Shown here in pieces: positions 60,355 to 64,000 of a stretch of 64,000 nt of DNA. The translations under genes were made by a program, and so were the position numbers. How positions within the stretch are numbered: position 1 is the first letter of the stretch; the number at the start of each line of letters is the position of its first letter. The DNA is from Candidatus Aldehydirespiratoraceae bacterium (GTDB lineage Bacteria > Actinomycetota > Acidimicrobiia > Acidimicrobiales > Aldehydirespiratoraceae), in the NCBI GenBank assembly GCA_965214565.1, contig OZ243951.1:2579166-2643165 (forward strand), given 5' to 3'. Below the pieces are notes generated by a model. That model ran no database searches. It worked only from the letters and a program-made list of their open reading frames with translations, and had not been told where the DNA came from.

Positions 60355-60669
60355 TCAGGTCTCTGCCTCTTCGTCTTCAGGGAGGAAGTACGACGTTCCG
60401 TCGTCGCGGAACACCCGCATCCTGATGATTCCCTGCCTTCCCAGGTCTACGAGCGAACCGGGGTACAGGTGCCTGAGCACATCGCGTTCCTCCTCGAGCA
60501 GTGAGGTCAAGCTTCCCGGTGGGAATCTGCCGCAAGGAAACTTTCTCTCGAACTCCTCGAACGCGGCCTGCTTCTCCTCGAGAGGACGAAGATGGGGCGG
60601 CACTGCCGGACGCTCGCCCGGATCGAATTCGTTCTGCCCTTCGGTGGCGTGGCGGCCAGCATTTATCAT
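60355..60669 (-). CDS. small acidic hypothetical protein encoded antiparallel inside the defence locus
   Basis: 104 aa MINAGRHATEGQNEFDPGERPAVPPHLRPLEEKQAAFEEFERKFPCGRFPPGSLTSLLEEERDVLRHLYPGSLVDLGRQGIIRMRVFRDDGTSYFLPEDEEAET; plausible composition, divergent from the helicase start. Confidence 0.5.
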   Translation of the reverse strand: MINAGRHATEGQNEFDPGERPAVPPHLRPLEEKQAAFEEFERKFPCGRFPPGSLTSLLEEERDVLRHLYPGSLVDLGRQGIIRMRVFRDDGTSYFLPEDEEAET

Positions 60670-60735
60670 GAATCCGATGCTACAGAGATTTCATGCAATT
60701 GCAACTACTTTTGATTCTGGGCTCGGAGTAGCGGC

Positions 60736-63700
60736 ATGAATGGGAATGTGAAGCCGGAGTTCGTCGTCAATCGTGACGGTAGGACAGTGTCTGAGGCGCT
60801 CTCCGGGTTCATCTCCCATGCGGCCACCGGGTTTGTCGGTGGGGCATCCCTCGATGTCGTCACCGCCTACTTCAACGTCGGCGGCTACGCGTTGCTCGCT
60901 GATTCGCTGAACCAACTCACCGGTGTGCGACTGCTCCTCGGAGCGGAGCCGACCCCGCCGGAGAACCCCCGCAGGGAGCTGCACTCGGAGTCGGCGAATC
61001 CCCAGCGGGCAGCGCGTAGCCGTTTGCGTCGAGCGCTCGACGGTCATGAGCAGAACCTCATCATCGAGCGGGACCACCTCGGATTCAGTCAGGAAGTCGA
61101 TGCCGCGACTCGCCGACTGCTTGAGTGGCTTCAACTCGACACGGTCCAGGTGCGCCGGCTTGAGCACCGCTTCATCCACGGCAAGGCGTTCCTGGTCAGC
61201 GACCATTCCCACGGTGTGGTGGCCGGATCGTCGAACCTCACGTATGCCGGGTTGACGACCAACCTGGAGTTGAACCTCGGGAACTATTCCCCTCACGTCG
61301 TCGGGCAGGTGAAGGACTGGTTCGATGAGTTGTGGGCCGAGGCGGTCGACTACGACCTCGCAGCGCTGTTCGAGTCCCGCTTCGAGCCCCATTCCCCGCA
61401 GCTCGTGTACCTGCGGATGCTGTGGGAGTTCTACGGCTCGGAATTACAGGATGAGGCGTCGTCCGAAGGGGCATCGCAGATCCACCTGACCTCTTTCCAG
61501 TCCGACGGGCTGTTCCGTGCTCGACGCATCCTCGAAGAGCGTAACGGGGTGCTGATCGCCGATGAGGTCGGTTTGGGCAAGACGTTCCTGGCGGGGGAGT
61601 TGATTCGCGAAGCGGCGCTGGATCGTCGCCAGCGAGTACTGGTCATCACGCCGGCCACGCTGCGCGACGGGCCGTGGAAGGCGTTCAGGTCAGAGCACAA
61701 CCTGCCCATGGAGCTCGTGTCGTATGAAGAGCTCATGGCCGACGCTCGTTTGAACCCGGAGCACGCGTCGGCACACAAACTCGAAGCCACGATCAACGAC
61801 TACGCGATGGTGGTGATCGACGAAGCCCACAATCTGCGCAATCCCAGTACACAACGGGCATCTGCGATCCGCACGCTGTTGGCCGGATCACCGCCCAAGA
61901 AGCTGGTGATGCTCACCGCCACCCCGGTGAACAACAGCTTGTGGGACCTGTACCACCTGCTCGGATACTTCCTGCGCAACGACGCTGCGTTCGCCGATGC
62001 AGGCATCCGCTCGCTCCGCGACCACTTCGCCAAGGCGATGAATCTAGACCCAGACGACCTGACCCCTGAGCATCTCTTCGACGTGCTCGACGCGGTGGCG
62101 GTACGGCGAACTCGGTCGTTCGTCAAACGCTTCTATCCCAATGACACGATCAGGGTCCGCGGCAAGGAGCAGGCCATCGTCTTTCCGACCCCACGGGTCC
62201 GCAAGATCGACTACAGGCTCGACGATGTGCTGCCCGGATTCTTTGACCGGTTCGCTCATGCCCTCGACCCCGAAGCCGGCGCCGATGATCCTGATGCTCT
62301 CAGCCTGGCACGGTACGCCCCGTCTCAGTATCACCTCGACAACGGGGTTGAGGCGTATGAAGTCCAGCTCGCAGGCCTGCTGCGGTCGGGTTTGCTGAAA
62401 CGCTTCGAGTCTTCACCGTACGCCTTCGCCGAGACATGCCAGAAGATGGCCACGAGTCACGACGCATTCCTGTCGTTGCTCAACAACGGGCGTGTGGCCA
62501 CCGGCGATGCTCTGGCCGACTGGATCGCCACCGATTCCGACGAGATCGACGAGGCACATGCCGACACCTACCTCGACGCGATCGTCGGAGTGACCGACGA
62601 CGCTGCGGCCTATGACCTCGACCGCCTCCGTGAGCACGCCGAACGTGACCGAGACCTGCTCAGGTCCTTCGCGGCCGAGGCCCGAACCGTCACTCGATCC
62701 GATGATCCCAATTTGACTGTTCTGGTTGAGGAGCTTGCCGCTATCGCAGCCGAAGCTGCATCCGAAGGCATCGGTCCTGCCGATGAAGGAAACCGTCGCA
62801 AGGTGCTCATCTTCAGCTACTTTGCCGACACGGTCGACTGGATCTATGAACATCTCGTCGCCGTGGCGCAGAGCGATCAACGCCTAGCCCCATACAGGGA
62901 CCGCATCGCGTCGTTGTCCGGCAGTTCTGGCACTGACAGCAAGAAGTCGGTGCTCTGGGGATTCGCACCTCAAACCACCGATGCTCCTGAAGGCTTCAAC
63001 GATGACCTGTTCGACATTGTCGTGACGACCGACGTGCTCGCGGAAGGAGTCAACCTCCAACAGGCCCGCCACATCATCAACTACGATCTGCCCTGGAACC
63101 CGATGCGCCTGGTTCAACGACACGGACGGATCGACCGCATCGGGTCGCACCACAAAGAAGTCTTCCTGAGCTGCGTCTTCCCCGACGACCGTCTCGACGA
63201 TCTGCTCGGTCTCGAAGAACGCTTGCACACCAAACTCGCCCAAGCAGCCGCCAGCGTCGGCGTGGGCGAGGTGCTTCCCGACCAGGCCGCTCAGGTTGAG
63301 ATCAACTTCACCGAGACGCGAGAGGAGATCGAACGCCTTCGCAACGAGGATGCAGCAATCTTGGAACGGGGCGGCACCGGCCGAGGCGCACTGTCAGGCG
63401 AGGAGTTCCGCCAAGAACTGCGCCAGGCGCTCGAAGACAACGACCTGGCGCATCAGATCAAAGCGCTCCCCTGGGGATCGGGGTCGGGAATGGCGGTCGC
63501 ACCCGACGGGCGACCCGGTTACGTGTTCTGCGCCCGGATCGGCGACCACCCCCGACCGCTGTTCCGCTTTGTCGAGACCGGACCCGAGGCAGAAGTGGTC
63601 GACGAGACTCTGGCCTGCCTTCACATGGCCCGCCCCCCCTCAGGCTTCAATACGGAGCGGCGGTTGGCCGACACTGCCATCCATGGTGCCTTCGCTGCCT

Positions 63701-64000
63701 GGGAAACCGCCCGAGACCACATTGTCGACGGCTGGAACTTCATGGCCGACAAAGCCAACCTGGAACCGAAGATCGTCCCGCGCCTCCGCCGAGCGGCGGA
63801 GATCCTCCGAGAGAACCCACCGTCCCGACTGACTCAGGATGCGATCGACCGGGCCATCGACGCCATCAATGCCCCCTACTCTGAACGCACCATCAGAACC
63901 TTCCAAAAAGCCATGCAGAGCACCGGCGATCCGTCCGAACAAGCTGAAAAAATCCTCGGAGTGATCGACTCCCTGGGTCTGGAACCCTACGTCCCCCCTG
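60736..64000 (+). CDS. PLD-like nuclease / SNF2-type helicase fusion (3' end outside window)
   Basis: N-term HRFIHGKAFLVSD...GSSNLTYAGLTTNLELN; ADEVGLGKTFLAGELI; VVIDEAHNLRN; LTATPVNNSLWDLY; VTTDVLAEGVNLQQARHIINYDLPWNPMRLVQRHGRIDRIGS. Confidence 0.9.
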   Translation, partial: MNGNVKPEFVVNRDGRTVSEALSGFISHAATGFVGGASLDVVTAYFNVGGYALLADSLNQLTGVRLLLGAEPTPPENPRRELHSESANPQRAARSRLRRALDGHEQNLIIERDHLGFSQEVDAATRRLLEWLQLDTVQVRRLEHRFIHGKAFLVSDHSHGVVAGSSNLTYAGLTTNLELNLGNYSPHVVGQVKDWFDELWAEAVDYDLAALFESRFEPHSPQLVYLRMLWEFYGSELQDEASSEGASQIHLTSFQSDGLFRARRILEERNGVLIADEVGLGKTFLAGELIREAALDRRQRVLVITPATLRDGPWKAFRSEHNLPMELVSYEELMADARLNPEHASAHKLEATINDYAMVVIDEAHNLRNPSTQRASAIRTLLAGSPPKKLVMLTATPVNNSLWDLYHLLGYFLRNDAAFADAGIRSLRDHFAKAMNLDPDDLTPEHLFDVLDAVAVRRTRSFVKRFYPNDTIRVRGKEQAIVFPTPRVRKIDYRLDDVLPGFFDRFAHALDPEAGADDPDALSLARYAPSQYHLDNGVEAYEVQLAGLLRSGLLKRFESSPYAFAETCQKMATSHDAFLSLLNNGRVATGDALADWIATDSDEIDEAHADTYLDAIVGVTDDAAAYDLDRLREHAERDRDLLRSFAAEARTVTRSDDPNLTVLVEELAAIAAEAASEGIGPADEGNRRKVLIFSYFADTVDWIYEHLVAVAQSDQRLAPYRDRIASLSGSSGTDSKKSVLWGFAPQTTDAPEGFNDDLFDIVVTTDVLAEGVNLQQARHIINYDLPWNPMRLVQRHGRIDRIGSHHKEVFLSCVFPDDRLDDLLGLEERLHTKLAQAAASVGVGEVLPDQAAQVEINFTETREEIERLRNEDAAILERGGTGRGALSGEEFRQELRQALEDNDLAHQIKALPWGSGSGMAVAPDGRPGYVFCARIGDHPRPLFRFVETGPEAEVVDETLACLHMARPPSGFNTERRLADTAIHGAFAAWETARDHIVDGWNFMADKANLEPKIVPRLRRAAEILRENPPSRLTQDAIDRAIDAINAPYSERTIRTFQKAMQSTGDPSEQAEKILGVIDSLGLEPYVPP

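Overview
The window is a high-GC chromosomal segment. Gene content and order suggest an actinobacterial lineage, probably Acidimicrobiia-like (an inference, not tested). About the first 25 kb is housekeeping: pyrC-carA-carB-pyrD, a mycobacterial-type IHF gene, gmk, rpoZ, coaBC, metK, priA, def, fmt, rsmB, ribD, hisG, infC-rpmI-rplT, pheS-pheT. Next comes a taurine dissimilation cluster (25.1-34.5 kb): taurine:pyruvate aminotransferase, a two-domain tandem-duplicated lipoprotein binding protein, an ABC ATPase with a multi-TM N-terminal extension, a permease, pta, a TetR regulator and xsc. Convergent to it is a two-gene operon made of a thioredoxin-like fusion protein and a UGSC-family selenoprotein, which reads through an in-frame UGA (Sec). 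Two facing suf loci follow (38.6-46.0 kb) with two sufC paralogs. Further housekeeping and metabolic genes include aceE, rnhA and an acyl-CoA dehydrogenase. The right end (55-64 kb) is a restriction/defence-like island: an Eco57I/PglX-like adenine methyltransferase, a RAMA-like modified-DNA reader protein and a PLD-SNF2 helicase truncated by the window edge. The methyltransferase reading frame is scrambled by a G16 homopolymer, a (CA)10 tract and repeated protein-conserved modules. Main highlights are the UGA-containing selenoprotein operon, the simple-repeat-rich methyltransferase locus, three tandem ATGA-coupled mini-cistrons in front of pheT, a likely AUA-initiated infC, and a structured RNA candidate with a 16-nt anti-SD match and a tiny ORF. 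No tRNA, rRNA or CRISPR was recognised.
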